The notes under the pieces were generated by a model. It was not told the DNA's origin. It did not search any database and saw nothing but the letters and a program-made list of their open reading frames with translations. Below are positions 19,950 to 30,863 of a DNA stretch of 56,674 nucleotides, one piece after another. The stretch spans positions 1-56,674 of the forward strand of contig JBDNJH010000176.1 of the NCBI GenBank assembly GCA_041687875.1. Reading direction: 5' to 3'. Both the position numbers and the translations under genes were made by a program. How positions within the stretch are numbered: the stretch's first letter is position 1; every line of letters begins with the position of its first letter. This DNA is from Flavobacteriales bacterium (GTDB lineage: Bacteria > Bacteroidota > Bacteroidia > UBA10329).

Positions 19950-20695
19950 GCAGGACGGGACAATTCAGAAAGAATGATGGAAGTGGCGATTCCAGCGTTC
20001 AGCGATTCCACTTTCTGCTGCGTCTCATTGTTCGGAATAAATGCCAACGCATCACATTTTTCATTGACGCGAGCACTGATTCCGTGAGATTCGCTCCCTA
20101 TCACTAAAGCTATTCTTGAAAATTTCGGTAGTTTATAAATTGATTCGCCACTCATGGCAGTTCCCAAAATCGTAAAATCATGCGCCTTGCACTCATCCAT
20201 AATTACCGAAAGATTTTCATAACGAATGTTGACATGAAAAAGCGCACCCATCGTGCTCTGAACCACTTTTCGGTCATAACCATCAGCACAATCTTCTGAG
20301 CAGATAATCGTATCAACCCCAAACCATTTTGCGGTTCGGATAATGGTGCCCACGTTGCCAGGGTCGTTGATGCCATCTAGGATGAGAATCAACTTTGAAT
20401 TCCAATCTATTTCCTTGGTTTTAGGAATTTTGGCAACTGCCAAAATCCTATTCGGACTTCGTAATCCCGAAATACGCTCTAATTCGTTTTGCTTGATGAA
20501 GTGAACGAGCGAATCATCCGTATCATTCAGAAAATCTAGGGTTTCCGTGGTATAAATTGCGCCAACATCAAAACTAGAGTTGATTAACGCTTCCACCGTT
20601 TTTACACCTTCTACCACGAACAAACCCCTTTCCTTCCGGAACTTTTTCTGTTGCAAAGCCCGTATGTCTTTGATGTCTGAAGCGGAGATTGGCAA
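19946..20695 (-). CDS. TrmH/SpoU family RNA 2'-O-methyltransferase
   Basis: 249 aa. SpoU-type motifs LDGINDPGNVGTIIRTA, LVIGSESHGIS and SLNAGIATSI. Confidence 0.88.
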   Translation of the reverse strand: MPISASDIKDIRALQQKKFRKERGLFVVEGVKTVEALINSSFDVGAIYTTETLDFLNDTDDSLVHFIKQNELERISGLRSPNRILAVAKIPKTKEIDWNSKLILILDGINDPGNVGTIIRTAKWFGVDTIICSEDCADGYDRKVVQSTMGALFHVNIRYENLSVIMDECKAHDFTILGTAMSGESIYKLPKFSRIALVIGSESHGISARVNEKCDALAFIPNNETQQKVESLNAGIATSIILSELSRPA

Positions 20696-20732
20696 GGCTT
20701 GGTGCGGTTTGTGGTAAGTAAGAAAGCTGTTC

Positions 20733-20740
20733 TAACTTTG
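20733..20740 (+). promoter_or_regulatory. candidate Bacteroidota -7 promoter box (TAACTTTG)
   Basis: Matches TAnnTTTG about 27 nt upstream of the BamA/TamA-like start. Confidence 0.4.
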
Positions 20741-20766
20741 CCCAAAGGTCAGAAATTCAAAACAAT

Positions 20767-23169
20767 TTGACGATCAAACACCTTTCGTGGTATTTCTTGC
20801 TGGTCGTTTCTGTTGTTGCAGTGTCGTGTTCGCCTACACGAAAACTGGCAGAAGGTGAGCATCTGCTCGTTAAAAATGTGGTTCGCAACGATAGTAAAGT
20901 TGTTTCCAAAGGCGATATGGAGAGCTTCATTCGCCAAAAACCGAACAGGAAATTATTTGTTTTGGCATTTTTCAGATTCCATTTACAGGTGCATAATCTG
21001 GTAAATCAGGAAAAGCTTGAAAAACGTGTTGAGGTTCTTGAAGAGAAGAACGAAATACGCAACGCCAAGCGAAAGTTGAAAGGTAAAAAACCGAAGGATA
21101 GGCGTAGGTCTTTTTGGGAATGGTTGGCAGATGTTGGTGAAGAGCCGGTTATCTACGACCCGCTTATTACTCAAAAATCTGCCGAACAAATTGAAATTTA
21201 TTTACGGGGAAAAGGCCATTTTAATGCAGTTGTAACTGATTCGGTAGTATTTAACGACAAACGGAAGAAGGCGAAAGTCTATTACAATGTGAAAAGCGGA
21301 GTGCCGTATACCGTAAGGAATGTTAACTACGAGATTGCAGATTCGCGATTGGCACGATTGAGTAGGCCCACACGAGGCCGTGACCGTGTTCTCAAGGACG
21401 GAATGAGCTATGATGTAGAGAAATTTCAGGAGGAACGGGAACGAATTGACCGCAACCTCAAGAGCAATGGCTACTATGCCTTTTCGGATGATTACGTTCG
21501 TTTTAAGGTCGATTCTAATCTTGGCTCTCATCAGGTTGATTTAGAACTATCCATTGCTGACCCTGAAAGAAAGGATACGATAAGGGTAAAGGAAACCGGT
21601 CATCATACCTATAACATCAGATACATATACGTACAAACAGACTATAACGCCAAAGGCGGAAATGCAACGGATTCTGACACGCTCGTTTACAATGGAGTTC
21701 AATTCATCTATAAAGGAAAGTTCCGTCACCGGCCAGAAATGTTGCTTGATAAAATCTTCTTTAAAACCGGGGATCTGTATAGAGTTAAGCGTGGTGAGCT
21801 GACATATCAGTATCTCTCAAGTTTACGTGCATACAAATTCATCAATATCTCCTTTACCGAAAATGTTGAAGAAGATGGGCAGCATGTTTTAGATTGCTAT
21901 GTCAATCTAACACCAGGCATGAAGCAAGCGTATGCCATAGAGGTTCAAGGTACTAATACAGAAGGAAATCTTGGGGTTTCTGGCTCTTTGGTTTATAAAA
22001 ACAAGAATCTTTTTAGAGGAGCCGAAATTCTTCAATTCAGGTTTTCTGGCGGTCTTGAAACGCAGGTGGTAGCGAGCAATATTGAGACCAATAATATTGG
22101 TGGCATATTCAATACGGTCGAGCTTAATCCAGAAATTAGTTTGGTGTTTCCGAAGTTGCTTGTGCCCTTCAAGCCGCAGCGCGTGGTACGTTATGGCGAC
22201 CCCAAATCAACGGTTTCGGTCGGATACAATTATCAGCAACGACCCGATTACACTCGCTCTATTTTTACAGGGAAGTTCGGTTATCAGTGGATGCAAAATC
22301 AGAATGCAAGACATTATCTCAATCCCATCGAAATAAACTTTGTTAACATCTATAACGAGTCAGATTCGTTCATAACTCGGATAAACAACCTTGGTGATAA
22401 CCTATTGCGAAACACCTTTAGACCGCACATTACAACCACCACCAACTATACTTACATTTTTACCAATCAGCAACTGAATAAAAAAGGAAATTTTAGCTAT
22501 TTCAAAGCACGATTAGAAAGTTCGGGCAACATTCTGCGTGGCATTATGGCTGTTGCACAAGCTCCAAAGGACGCTGATAACAGCTACCGAATCTTGAATA
22601 TTCCTTTTTCGCAGTATCTCAAATATGAGATTGATTACCGTAAATATGTGCAGGTCAACAGCTTCAGCCAATTGGTCTTCCGCGTCAATCAAGGAATTGG
22701 ATTGCCCCTTCTCAATCTGGGCGTGCTTCCGTTTGAGAGTGCCTTTTTTGGTGGTGGAGCAAACGGAATTAGGGCATGGCCAGCGCGGTCGTTGGGGCCA
22801 GGTGCGCTCCCTAAGGCTCTGAATCTTCTCGATCAGTTTGGAGATATTAAGATTGAGTTTAACCTAGAGTATCGTTTTGACATCTATCGTTGGTTCAAAG
22901 GCGCTCTCTTTGCCGATGCTGGTAACGTCTGGCTCATCAGAAATGATACTGATCGACCTGGAGGGTTGTTCAAATTCAAGAATTTCTACAAGGAGTTTGC
23001 ATTAGGTGCTGGGGTGGGTATCCGTTTAGACTTTAGCTTCTTCATCATACGTTTTGACGTGGCAACTCCGTTCCACGACCCTGGCCGCCCCGAAAACGAC
23101 CGCTGGGCTATTCAATATTTTCAATGGAGAGATGTAAATCTCAATTTGGGAATCGGTTATCCGTTCTAG
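20767..23169 (+). CDS. BamA/TamA family outer-membrane protein (surface antigen D15-like)
   Basis: 800 aa with a TTG start. Signal peptide/lipobox-like VAVSCS. C-terminal Omp85 barrel (FFGGGANGIRAW...ADAGNVW...LGIGYPF). Confidence 0.85.
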   Translation: MTIKHLSWYFLLVVSVVAVSCSPTRKLAEGEHLLVKNVVRNDSKVVSKGDMESFIRQKPNRKLFVLAFFRFHLQVHNLVNQEKLEKRVEVLEEKNEIRNAKRKLKGKKPKDRRRSFWEWLADVGEEPVIYDPLITQKSAEQIEIYLRGKGHFNAVVTDSVVFNDKRKKAKVYYNVKSGVPYTVRNVNYEIADSRLARLSRPTRGRDRVLKDGMSYDVEKFQEERERIDRNLKSNGYYAFSDDYVRFKVDSNLGSHQVDLELSIADPERKDTIRVKETGHHTYNIRYIYVQTDYNAKGGNATDSDTLVYNGVQFIYKGKFRHRPEMLLDKIFFKTGDLYRVKRGELTYQYLSSLRAYKFINISFTENVEEDGQHVLDCYVNLTPGMKQAYAIEVQGTNTEGNLGVSGSLVYKNKNLFRGAEILQFRFSGGLETQVVASNIETNNIGGIFNTVELNPEISLVFPKLLVPFKPQRVVRYGDPKSTVSVGYNYQQRPDYTRSIFTGKFGYQWMQNQNARHYLNPIEINFVNIYNESDSFITRINNLGDNLLRNTFRPHITTTTNYTYIFTNQQLNKKGNFSYFKARLESSGNILRGIMAVAQAPKDADNSYRILNIPFSQYLKYEIDYRKYVQVNSFSQLVFRVNQGIGLPLLNLGVLPFESAFFGGGANGIRAWPARSLGPGALPKALNLLDQFGDIKIEFNLEYRFDIYRWFKGALFADAGNVWLIRNDTDRPGGLFKFKNFYKEFALGAGVGIRLDFSFFIIRFDVATPFHDPGRPENDRWAIQYFQWRDVNLNLGIGYPF

Positions 23170-23334
23170 ACATTCTTTAGCGGGCGTATTCAACTGCTGT
23201 GGCGAGCATCTTCGCTGGTGAACAGATGCCAAGAGCGTCCTCGCTTTTAGTTTGTCATTCACTTCCTAACTTACCGCCTGCTTTCATAAGCATCCTCTCC
23301 CATGAGCTCTCAAAATCTCGGTTCGAGAATTTCT

Positions 23335-23342
23335 TAGATTTG
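23335..23342 (+). promoter_or_regulatory. candidate -7 promoter box (TAGATTTG)
   Basis: TAnnTTTG 21 nt upstream of the fbaB ATG. Confidence 0.4.
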
Positions 23343-23362
23343 CACCCCAAAATTTATTTAGA

Positions 23363-24421
23363 ATGACCTACGATAAGATTGCAGAATTACTAGGAGATAA
23401 CGCAGATTCGCTGCTTAATCATAAAAGCACAACTATTCCAAAAGAGATGTTTACGCTTCCTGGCGGAGATTTTGTTGGCCGTGTTTTTTCTGACACCAAC
23501 AGAAGCAATCAGGTTCTTGGAAGTATGCAATCTATTTATGGTCACGGCAGATTAGGAGGAACAGGATATGTTTCCATCCTTCCTGTGGATCAGGGAATCG
23601 AGCATTCGGCAGGAGCAAGCTTTGCTCCGAATCCGATCTACTTTGATCCAGAGAATATTGTGAAGCTGGCGATTGAAGGTGGCTGCAACGCTGTTGCCTC
23701 AACCTTTGGTGTGCTTGCAGCATGTTCAAGAAAGTATGCGCATCAAATCCCGTTCATTGTAAAGATCAATCATAACGAGTTGATGACTTATCCGAACACC
23801 TATGATCAAATCATGTTTGGTGATGTCAAGAGTGCCTGGAACATGGGAGCTAAAGCCGTAGGTGCAACCATTTATTTCGGTTCAGAAGAAAGTGATCGTC
23901 AAATTCAAGAAGTTGCTGAGGCATTTGAGTACGCTCACGAACTTGGAATGGCAACCGTACTTTGGTGCTATTTGAGAAACAACGGATTTAAGAAGGACGG
24001 TGTAGATTACCATGCTGCCGCTGATCTTACGGGACAGGCAAATCACATCGGTGTTACTATTCAAGCAGACATTATAAAGCAGAAATTACCAACCAACAAT
24101 GGAGGTTTTAACGCCATTGGATTTGGTAAGACGCATCCAGATGTTTACAGCAAATTAAGTTCAGACAATCCGATTGATCTTTGCCGTTATCAAGCTGCCA
24201 ACTGCTATATGGGCAAAATTGGTCTGATCAACTCAGGAGGAGAATCAAAAGGTGCTAGTGATCTGGCTGAAGCGGTAGAAACGGCAGTGATTAATAAGAG
24301 AGCTGGTGGTCATGGATTAATTTCAGGCAGAAAAGCGTTCCAAAAACCAATGAATGTTGGTGTTGATTTGCTTAACGCTATCCAAGATGTTTACTTGGAG
24401 AAGAAAATCACCATTGCGTAG
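23363..24421 (+). CDS. fbaB: class I fructose-bisphosphate aldolase
   Basis: 352 aa. Collinear with my memory of E. coli FbaB ([18 protein letters not shown]). Confidence 0.9.
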   Translation: MTYDKIAELLGDNADSLLNHKSTTIPKEMFTLPGGDFVGRVFSDTNRSNQVLGSMQSIYGHGRLGGTGYVSILPVDQGIEHSAGASFAPNPIYFDPENIVKLAIEGGCNAVASTFGVLAACSRKYAHQIPFIVKINHNELMTYPNTYDQIMFGDVKSAWNMGAKAVGATIYFGSEESDRQIQEVAEAFEYAHELGMATVLWCYLRNNGFKKDGVDYHAAADLTGQANHIGVTIQADIIKQKLPTNNGGFNAIGFGKTHPDVYSKLSSDNPIDLCRYQAANCYMGKIGLINSGGESKGASDLAEAVETAVINKRAGGHGLISGRKAFQKPMNVGVDLLNAIQDVYLEKKITIA

Positions 24422-24451
24422 TAAGGGTTCGATGCATCAAACCCTAACATA

Positions 24452-25303
24452 ATGAGCTGGTTTAAACGCATAAAGGGAGGAATTACCACTTCAACCAAAG
24501 AAAAGAAGGAAACTCCTGAAGGTCTTTGGATCAAGTGTTCCGGAAAGGATTGCGGTGTCGTAATTCCCACTGCCGAGAACGAGGAGAATCTGTGGGTCTG
24601 CAAGAGTTGCAACTATCATCAGAAAATCGGTTCAAGAGAATATTTTCATATTCTGTTTGATGAAGGTCATTTTGAAATCTTCAATGAACATTTGACCTCT
24701 GCTGATCCGCTCCATTTTACAGATAGTAAGCCTTACGTTAAACGACTGAAGGAAACCACAGAAAAGACCAAACTCAATGACGCCATCAGAACCGCCATCG
24801 GAAAGATGGAAGGTGAACGGATTGTCATCGCGTGCATGGATTTCAACTTTATTGGTGGTTCTATGGGGTCGGTTGTGGGAGAGAAGATTGCCCGTGCGGT
24901 AGATAAATGTTTGGAGGAAAAAGTTCCGTTGTTAATTATTTCCAAGTCGGGAGGAGCACGAATGATGGAGGCAGCTTTCAGCCTGATGCAGTTAGCAAAG
25001 ACCTCTGCAAAACTGGCGCAATTGTCAAATGCCAAGATCCCTTACATCTCATTACTTACCAATCCGACTACGGGTGGTGTGACTGCTTCTTTTGCCATGC
25101 TTGGCGATTTGAACATAGCTGAACCAGGTGCATTAATCGGTTTTGCCGGCCCACGCGTAATCAAAGAAACCATCGGAAAGGAACTTCCTGTGGGATTTCA
25201 AACCTCTGAGTTTGTGCTTGAGCACGGATTTCTTGATATGATTATTGAACGAAAGGAACTGAAAGCGAAGCTGTCGCAGGTGCTACAGTTGCTGCGGGAT
25301 TGA
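24452..25303 (+). CDS. accD: acetyl-CoA carboxylase carboxyltransferase beta subunit
   Basis: 283 aa. N-terminal Zn ribbon (CSGKDCG...CKSCNYH) and [17 protein letters not shown]. Confidence 0.95.
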   Translation: MSWFKRIKGGITTSTKEKKETPEGLWIKCSGKDCGVVIPTAENEENLWVCKSCNYHQKIGSREYFHILFDEGHFEIFNEHLTSADPLHFTDSKPYVKRLKETTEKTKLNDAIRTAIGKMEGERIVIACMDFNFIGGSMGSVVGEKIARAVDKCLEEKVPLLIISKSGGARMMEAAFSLMQLAKTSAKLAQLSNAKIPYISLLTNPTTGGVTASFAMLGDLNIAEPGALIGFAGPRVIKETIGKELPVGFQTSEFVLEHGFLDMIIERKELKAKLSQVLQLLRD

Positions 25304-25352
25304 TTGAAGTCTGTTATCACCGAATTGGTTGACTGCTACAGCGATGACGTTG

Positions 25353-25486
25353 GCTACGAAGCGCACCGCGTGAAGGACGGAAGCGGCATCCTTTTTTCCG
25401 CCTCAGGCGGACAAAAAAGATATAGCGGACGGCCTGACCCGATTGTGGGTGGGGTTTTGGGTAGGCGAGGGGCACGCCCAAAAACT
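25353..25486. repeat. interspersed non-coding repeat, copy A (related to 42459..42566)
   Basis: Hand alignment shares ...agcggcatcctttttt...caaaaaagataYagcgga...cYgaccc(c)gatt...acgcccaaaa... with copy B. The overlapping 62-aa ORF looks like a translation artefact. Confidence 0.6.
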
Positions 25487-25534
25487 CCTTGAAAAACTTG
25501 CTTTCGAGTGGATTGCATAACTAAAACCCTTTTC

Positions 25535-25542
25535 TATCTTTG
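25535..25542 (+). promoter_or_regulatory. candidate -7 promoter box (TATCTTTG)
   Basis: TAnnTTTG about 35 nt upstream of the rpsO ATG. Confidence 0.4.
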
Positions 25543-25576
25543 CGCCTCGAATTTTTGACGACTAATAAAGAAGCAG

Positions 25577-25846
25577 ATGTATTTAACATCAGAAGTAAAG
25601 AAAGAGATTTTTAAGCAGCACGGAGGTTCTGAGACGAACACAGGCAGCACAGAAGGACAAATTGCTTTGTTCTCTCACCGAATTAACCACCTTACAGGTC
25701 ACTTGAAAAAGAACCGAAAAGATTTTGGCACACAAAAAGCCCTTCTTGACCTTGTAGGTAAAAGAAGAAGTTTGTTGAGTTATCTGAAGGACCAGGATAT
25801 TGAAAAATATCGTGCTCTGATTAAGGAACTCGACCTCAGAAAGTAA
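25577..25846 (+). CDS. rpsO: 30S ribosomal protein S15
   Basis: 89 aa. GSTEGQIALFSHRINHLTGHLKKNRKD matches S15. Confidence 0.97.
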   Translation: MYLTSEVKKEIFKQHGGSETNTGSTEGQIALFSHRINHLTGHLKKNRKDFGTQKALLDLVGKRRSLLSYLKDQDIEKYRALIKELDLRK

Positions 25847-25868
25847 TCATATCGTTAAGGATAAGTTG

Positions 25869-25894
25869 AAAAGGCAATTGTTAGATTGCCTTTT
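25869..25894 (+). terminator. intrinsic terminator/attenuator between rpsO and pnp
   Basis: aaaggcaat / attgccttt stem followed by a T run. Confidence 0.6.
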
Positions 25895-25981
25895 CGCGTA
25901 TTTAGACGTTTGGTTTGCGCCAAGCACAGATGAAGAAAACAGATAGAAAAGAAAAATAAATAGACGTAAATAAAGAGGAAA

Positions 25982-28108
25982 ATGAAAGCACCAGAAGCAA
26001 TAAAAACAACAATTGATGTAGGTAATGGCGTACCCATTACGATTGAAACAGGCCGATTGGCCAAGCAGGCCGATGGCGCTGTTATTCTAAGAGCAGGAAA
26101 CTGCATGTTGATGGCAACCGTTGTGTCTAACGTAGGCGCCAAAGAAGGAACTGACTTCTTGCCGTTGTCGGTTGATTATCAAGAAAAATATTACGCTGCC
26201 GGAAAATTTCCAGGCGGATTCTTTAAAAGAGAAGCAAGACCATCTAACGCAGAGATCTTGGTTTGCCGATTGGTTGACCGTGCATTGCGCCCGATGTTCC
26301 CATCAGATTATCACTCAGAAGTTCAGGTTATCATTTACCTTATCTCTCATGATGAGAACGTGATGCCAGATGCTTTGGCTGGATTGGCTGCAAGTGCTGC
26401 CATCTGTATTTCAGATATTCCTTTCGGTGGCCCAATCTCAGAAGTGAGAGTGGCACTTATCGATGGCAAATTCGTTGTAAACCCATCCAAAGCTGCTTTG
26501 GCAACTGCTGATATGGACATGATGATTGCGGGTACAGCGGCCGACATCACCATGGTTGAAGGCGAGATGGAAGAGTGTTCAGAGGATCAAATGTTGGAGG
26601 CTATCCGTGTTGGACACGAAGCCATCAAAAAGCAAATTGCTGGTCAAGTTGCTTTGGCAGATCAAGTTGAGAAGTCGAAAGTGAAGCGTACGTATTCACA
26701 TGAGAAGAACGATGAGGCTTTCAAGCAAAAAGTATATGATTTTTGCTACCCATTGATCTATGATATGGCGAAATCAGGTTCTGCAAAGCAAGAGCGTTCT
26801 GATAAATTGAGCGAGATTAAAGATGCTTTTGTAGCTACACTTTCTGACCAAGAAAAAGAATTGCTTCCATTGTTGGGAGGATACTTCAAGTATGCTCAAA
26901 AGAAAGCTGTTCGTGCTTGTGTTCTTACAGAAAGAGTTCGATTGGACGGTAGAAAAACCGATGAGGTTAGAGGAATCTGGTCTGAGGTTGATTACATTCC
27001 TTCAGCTCACGGTTCAGCTGTTTTCACAAGAGGTGAAACGCAGTCGTTGACTACCGTTACACTTGGTGGAAAATTGGATGAGCAGCGCGTTGATAGCGTA
27101 ACTCACGAAGGATTCGACAATTTCTACTTGCACTACAACTTTCCTCCATTTTCAACTGGAGAGGCTAAATTCCTAAGAGGAGTTGGTCGTAGAGAAGTAG
27201 GGCACGGGAACTTGGCCGAAAGAGCTTTGAAAAAAGCGCTTCCAAAGGATAATGCTTACACAGTTCGTGTTGTTTCTGAGATTCTTGAATCAAACGGTTC
27301 TTCTTCAATGGCAACGGTTTGCGCAGGTTCACTTGCGTTGATGGATGCTGGTGTGAAAATCAAAGGAGGCGTTTCGGGCATTGCCATGGGACTTATTTAC
27401 GATGAAGGAAAATATGCCATCCTTTCAGATATTCTTGGAGACGAGGATTTCTTAGGAGACATGGACTTCAAAGTAGCAGGAACCAAAGATGGTATCACAG
27501 CTGTTCAAATGGACATGAAAGTGGATGGACTTCCATACGCTGTTCTTGCTGAAGCCTTGAACCAAGCAAAAGAAGGTCGTCTTCACATCCTGAACGAGAT
27601 GAACAAGACGCTTGATACTGCTAAGACTGACTTCAAACCACATGCGCCACGTATCGTTGCCATGATCATTCCTAAGGATATGATTGGAGCTGTTATCGGA
27701 CCTGGAGGAAAAATCATTCAAGAGATGCAAGCCGTAACTGGTGCTACCATCAACATCGAAGAAGTTGACGGAATGGGACGCATCCAAATCATGGGTACCA
27801 ACAAGGAATCTGTTGATGCGGCTGTTGCACGGATCAAAGCAATTACTGCTGTTCCTGAAATTGGTGAAGTTTACAAAGGACGTGTGAAGAACATCATGCC
27901 GTTCGGAGCCTTCGTTGAGATCATGCCAGGAAAAGATGGCCTACTTCACATCTCCGAAATTGAGCACAGAAGATTGGATAACGTTGAAGATGCTTTGAAA
28001 GAAGGAGACATCATCGAAGTAAAGCTCATTGCAGTTGATGAGAAAACTGGAAAACTGAAACTTTCACGCAAAGTTTTACTTCCAAAACCAGAAAAAGCAG
28101 AATCGTAA
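25982..28108 (+). CDS. pnp: polyribonucleotide nucleotidyltransferase (PNPase)
   Basis: 708 aa. Two RNase PH domains, a KH domain and a C-terminal S1 domain ([20 protein letters not shown]). Confidence 0.97.
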   Translation: MKAPEAIKTTIDVGNGVPITIETGRLAKQADGAVILRAGNCMLMATVVSNVGAKEGTDFLPLSVDYQEKYYAAGKFPGGFFKREARPSNAEILVCRLVDRALRPMFPSDYHSEVQVIIYLISHDENVMPDALAGLAASAAICISDIPFGGPISEVRVALIDGKFVVNPSKAALATADMDMMIAGTAADITMVEGEMEECSEDQMLEAIRVGHEAIKKQIAGQVALADQVEKSKVKRTYSHEKNDEAFKQKVYDFCYPLIYDMAKSGSAKQERSDKLSEIKDAFVATLSDQEKELLPLLGGYFKYAQKKAVRACVLTERVRLDGRKTDEVRGIWSEVDYIPSAHGSAVFTRGETQSLTTVTLGGKLDEQRVDSVTHEGFDNFYLHYNFPPFSTGEAKFLRGVGRREVGHGNLAERALKKALPKDNAYTVRVVSEILESNGSSSMATVCAGSLALMDAGVKIKGGVSGIAMGLIYDEGKYAILSDILGDEDFLGDMDFKVAGTKDGITAVQMDMKVDGLPYAVLAEALNQAKEGRLHILNEMNKTLDTAKTDFKPHAPRIVAMIIPKDMIGAVIGPGGKIIQEMQAVTGATINIEEVDGMGRIQIMGTNKESVDAAVARIKAITAVPEIGEVYKGRVKNIMPFGAFVEIMPGKDGLLHISEIEHRRLDNVEDALKEGDIIEVKLIAVDEKTGKLKLSRKVLLPKPEKAES

Positions 28109-28132
28109 TTACGTTCTGAGTTAATATTAAAT

Positions 28133-28163
28133 CCCCGTTCCGATATTCGGAACGGGGATTTTT
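28133..28163 (+). terminator. intrinsic terminator after pnp
   Basis: ccccgttccg / cggaacgggg 10-bp stem followed by atttttg. Confidence 0.8.
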
Positions 28164-28224
28164 GTTTCAATCCCAGAGGAACACCATCAATGAGAAGCTA
28201 GAACTCGGCTGACAAATTTTAGGA

Positions 28225-28557
28225 TTATTCAATCAGGAATATCTTGCAACAGAAGTTTGAGTTCAGCATCCGAAAGACTGTCTTTATCTGCTTTGTCGTA
28301 AATAGAAAGTAGATAAACGGTATCGTGAGTAACCACGAAATTGGTATCACTCTAGCGCCACCCGATTTGCCTTTTCCTTTAGAGGCAATTGCCATTCTAA
28401 TCTTGAAACAACTATTTCCAAGCGCAAATCCTTGCTGTGGGTCTTCTTTTAGGTTTGCCACCAATGTGGTGAACTCCAATTTGATAGAAGGATATTTTTT
28501 GGCGAGCTTTTTCAAGCTCTTCTCAAATTTGGGGATAGTTTTTACACTATAGCTCAT
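28225..28557 (-). pseudogene. RelE/HigB-like type II toxin carrying a 1-nt frameshift
   Basis: The N-terminal 71 aa end in the family-typical KGKSGGARVI. The expected C-terminus TNFVVTHDTVYLLSIYDKADKDSLSDAELKLLLQDIPD* is encoded in a different frame from about 28345 down to a TGA at 28229-28231. Confidence 0.7.
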
Positions 28558-28756
28558 TAATCAAGTCCTCGGCATCACGTGCTTTCAGTTTACCCGCCCG
28601 TACCAACTTCAATTCTTCCACGGCTTCTCTAATGTCTTGCATTAGTTCGGCTTTGGCATCTGAAAGTGGTGTTGCCTCCCTCACAAATGAAAAATTCTTG
28701 AGAACCTCCATAAAGAAGGTGGCCTTACTGTCTTTTATGTCGAGAAGTATTTTCAT
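28547..28756 (-). CDS. antitoxin partner of the RelE/HigB-like toxin
   Basis: 69 aa. Overlaps the toxin start by 11 nt in the usual antitoxin-first arrangement. Confidence 0.65.
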   Translation of the reverse strand: MKILLDIKDSKATFFMEVLKNFSFVREATPLSDAKAELMQDIREAVEELKLVRAGKLKARDAEDLINEL

Positions 28757-28878
28757 TGCTTTCTGAATTTAAAGTTACTAAAATCAGAATATGCTTGATT
28801 GAATGGAAAAAGGGAGAAATCCGCGCCACCTCTCGGTTTAAATGCTGTTTCTTTGCCACCCAAAACCAAGAGAATCAC

Positions 28879-29526
28879 ATGCCAATCATCGCCCCATCCC
28901 TTTTAGCTGCAGATTTCACCAAACTAGGTGAGGAGATTGAAATGATAAATAGGAGCGAGGCCGACTGGCTTCATGTCGATGTGATGGATGGCGTTTTCGT
29001 TCCGAACATCTCGTTCGGAGAACCAGTGATGAAGCCGTTGAAGAAAATCTGTAAGAAGCCCTTCGATGTGCATTTGATGGTGGTTGACCCGGATCGCTAC
29101 TTGCAGTACTTTAAAGACTGCGGAGCAGATATTCTAACCGTGCATTACGAAGCCTGCCCGCACCTTCATAGAACTATTGGAGCCATCAAAGAATTGGGAA
29201 TGAAAGCGGCTGTTTCGCTCAATCCACATACGCCCGTTTCTTTATTGGAAGATGTTCTTGCCGATTTAGATATGGTTCTCATCATGTCCGTAAATCCTGG
29301 TTTTGGCGGACAGAAGTTCATTGAGAACACCTATGAGAAAGTTCGTAAGCTTAGAGCAATGGCTAATAAACTCAACCCGAATCTCATCATTGAAGTAGAT
29401 GGTGGCGTGAACTTGGAAAATGCTCCAAAGCTTGTTGCCGCTGGCGCAAACGCACTTGTTGCTGGCAACGCAGTATTCAAAGCTGAAAATCCAGAAGCGG
29501 TTATTGCTGGGTTGAAGAAGGCCTAA
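28879..29526 (+). CDS. rpe: ribulose-phosphate 3-epimerase
   Basis: ATG at 28879 gives MPIIAPSLLAADF.... HVDVMDG, VHLMV and MSVNPGFGGQKF motifs. The longer track ORF from 28756 is an upstream extension. Confidence 0.93.
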   Translation: MPIIAPSLLAADFTKLGEEIEMINRSEADWLHVDVMDGVFVPNISFGEPVMKPLKKICKKPFDVHLMVVDPDRYLQYFKDCGADILTVHYEACPHLHRTIGAIKELGMKAAVSLNPHTPVSLLEDVLADLDMVLIMSVNPGFGGQKFIENTYEKVRKLRAMANKLNPNLIIEVDGGVNLENAPKLVAAGANALVAGNAVFKAENPEAVIAGLKKA

Positions 29527-30728
29527 CCTTTCCCATCAACGTAATCCTGTAAGTAACTGAAATACTCCGTCAGCTTGCCATCTCGCGCAATAGAAGCACG
29601 TTCCAGTATCTTATCTGGGTCGTTCCCTAAGAACAGCGGAATAATCTTATCAATCAAATCCTGTCCAAAGCCTGAAGAAGCATCCTTAGGCACTTCGCAC
29701 GGAAGATTGTCCACTGCCATAATGGTGATGCTGTTTTCCGCATAAGCCCCCGCTTCCTCACCAGTAGTTCGGTCATAGCCGTAAATCGGATCCGTAATCG
29801 TAGATGGACGAAGCGTAGTCGGAACAGAACCCTTGATGTCGCAAGTAATGTCCGCAATCACCTTCAACTTAAAATCATCAGACCTCACATCTTTCTCCGT
29901 GAAGAAATGAGCCGACTTGTTGTCCCAAAAGTGTGCTGAAATAAAGATGTCAGCCACCTTGGTAAACTTGGTAAATGTGTTCTCCCATACGGTGCTGTCC
30001 TTCACGAATTCAGCAAAATTTGCTGGAGGCTTACCATCCTTTTCGTGATAATCGAGAATATCTGCATTGCAGTAAACGGGCACATCAAATTCCTCATTCA
30101 AGAACTCATGAATGGAAACCTGTCTGATGCCTGCAGTCTCCATCGTTTCCTTCACACCGTTTGCCACTTTGCCACCGCCCGATACAATAATCTTGATGTT
30201 AGGAATAGTAATCTTGCGTAACTCATTCCCCATTTCGGTCTTGTCTTCGCAGAGATAAGCAGGCTTCATGTCAAAGCTTTTGTAGCGTTTTCCGTGAGCA
30301 ATGAGAGCATTATACGCACCTACAATTCCAGCAAATCGGCCAAAACCCAGCACACGGAATCCGTTGGCGTAGGTGAGGGTTTCGTAATCAATTAGTCGGA
30401 TTTTTTTCTTCAGAACCTCGCGAAGCAAATCCCGATTGTAAGGTTGTTTTTTGATGGTGTGCGAGAAGAAAAGCATGGTTTTGCCTTCTGCAAGCATTTC
30501 GTACTTCACTTCTTTTACTCCGAAAATGACATCGCAATCGTTCACGCTATCCGCCAACTCAATTCCAGCTTTGGCATAATCCTCATCCGAAAAACAACGG
30601 ATAGGACTTCGCTGCACCCGAATCTCTAATTCTGGATATGTTTCCTTTAAATGAGCACAATGCGCTGGAGTTAAGCCAACTCGCTTGTCTGGTGGCGTTT
30701 TGCCTTCTTTTATGATGCCGATTTTCAT
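29523..30728 (-). CDS. AlaDH/PNT-family oxidoreductase resembling lysine-ketoglutarate reductase (saccharopine dehydrogenase, L-lysine-forming)
   Basis: 401 aa. FFSHTIKKQPYNRDLLREVLKKKIRLIDYE resembles the LKR domain of eukaryotic AASS as I remember it. Confidence 0.7.
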   Translation of the reverse strand: MKIGIIKEGKTPPDKRVGLTPAHCAHLKETYPELEIRVQRSPIRCFSDEDYAKAGIELADSVNDCDVIFGVKEVKYEMLAEGKTMLFFSHTIKKQPYNRDLLREVLKKKIRLIDYETLTYANGFRVLGFGRFAGIVGAYNALIAHGKRYKSFDMKPAYLCEDKTEMGNELRKITIPNIKIIVSGGGKVANGVKETMETAGIRQVSIHEFLNEEFDVPVYCNADILDYHEKDGKPPANFAEFVKDSTVWENTFTKFTKVADIFISAHFWDNKSAHFFTEKDVRSDDFKLKVIADITCDIKGSVPTTLRPSTITDPIYGYDRTTGEEAGAYAENSITIMAVDNLPCEVPKDASSGFGQDLIDKIIPLFLGNDPDKILERASIARDGKLTEYFSYLQDYVDGKG

Positions 30729-30863
30729 CTTACGAAAGTAGTAACCTTATAAATGAGGATTTATGTTCAGATTGTCGTTTTCTTTCTAAAATGAATTCGT
30801 ATGTTGGTAAACTGTTATTTTAGCAGCGTGCTTTTATCTTATTCCCTTTAAACCGTTTTACTT

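Noticed and set aside
25304-25492. 62-aa ORF directly after accD
   Set aside because: It is the translation of the interspersed repeat (copy A). The related copy B yields a different, non-homologous reading frame. This argues that the conserved entity is the DNA or RNA, not a protein.
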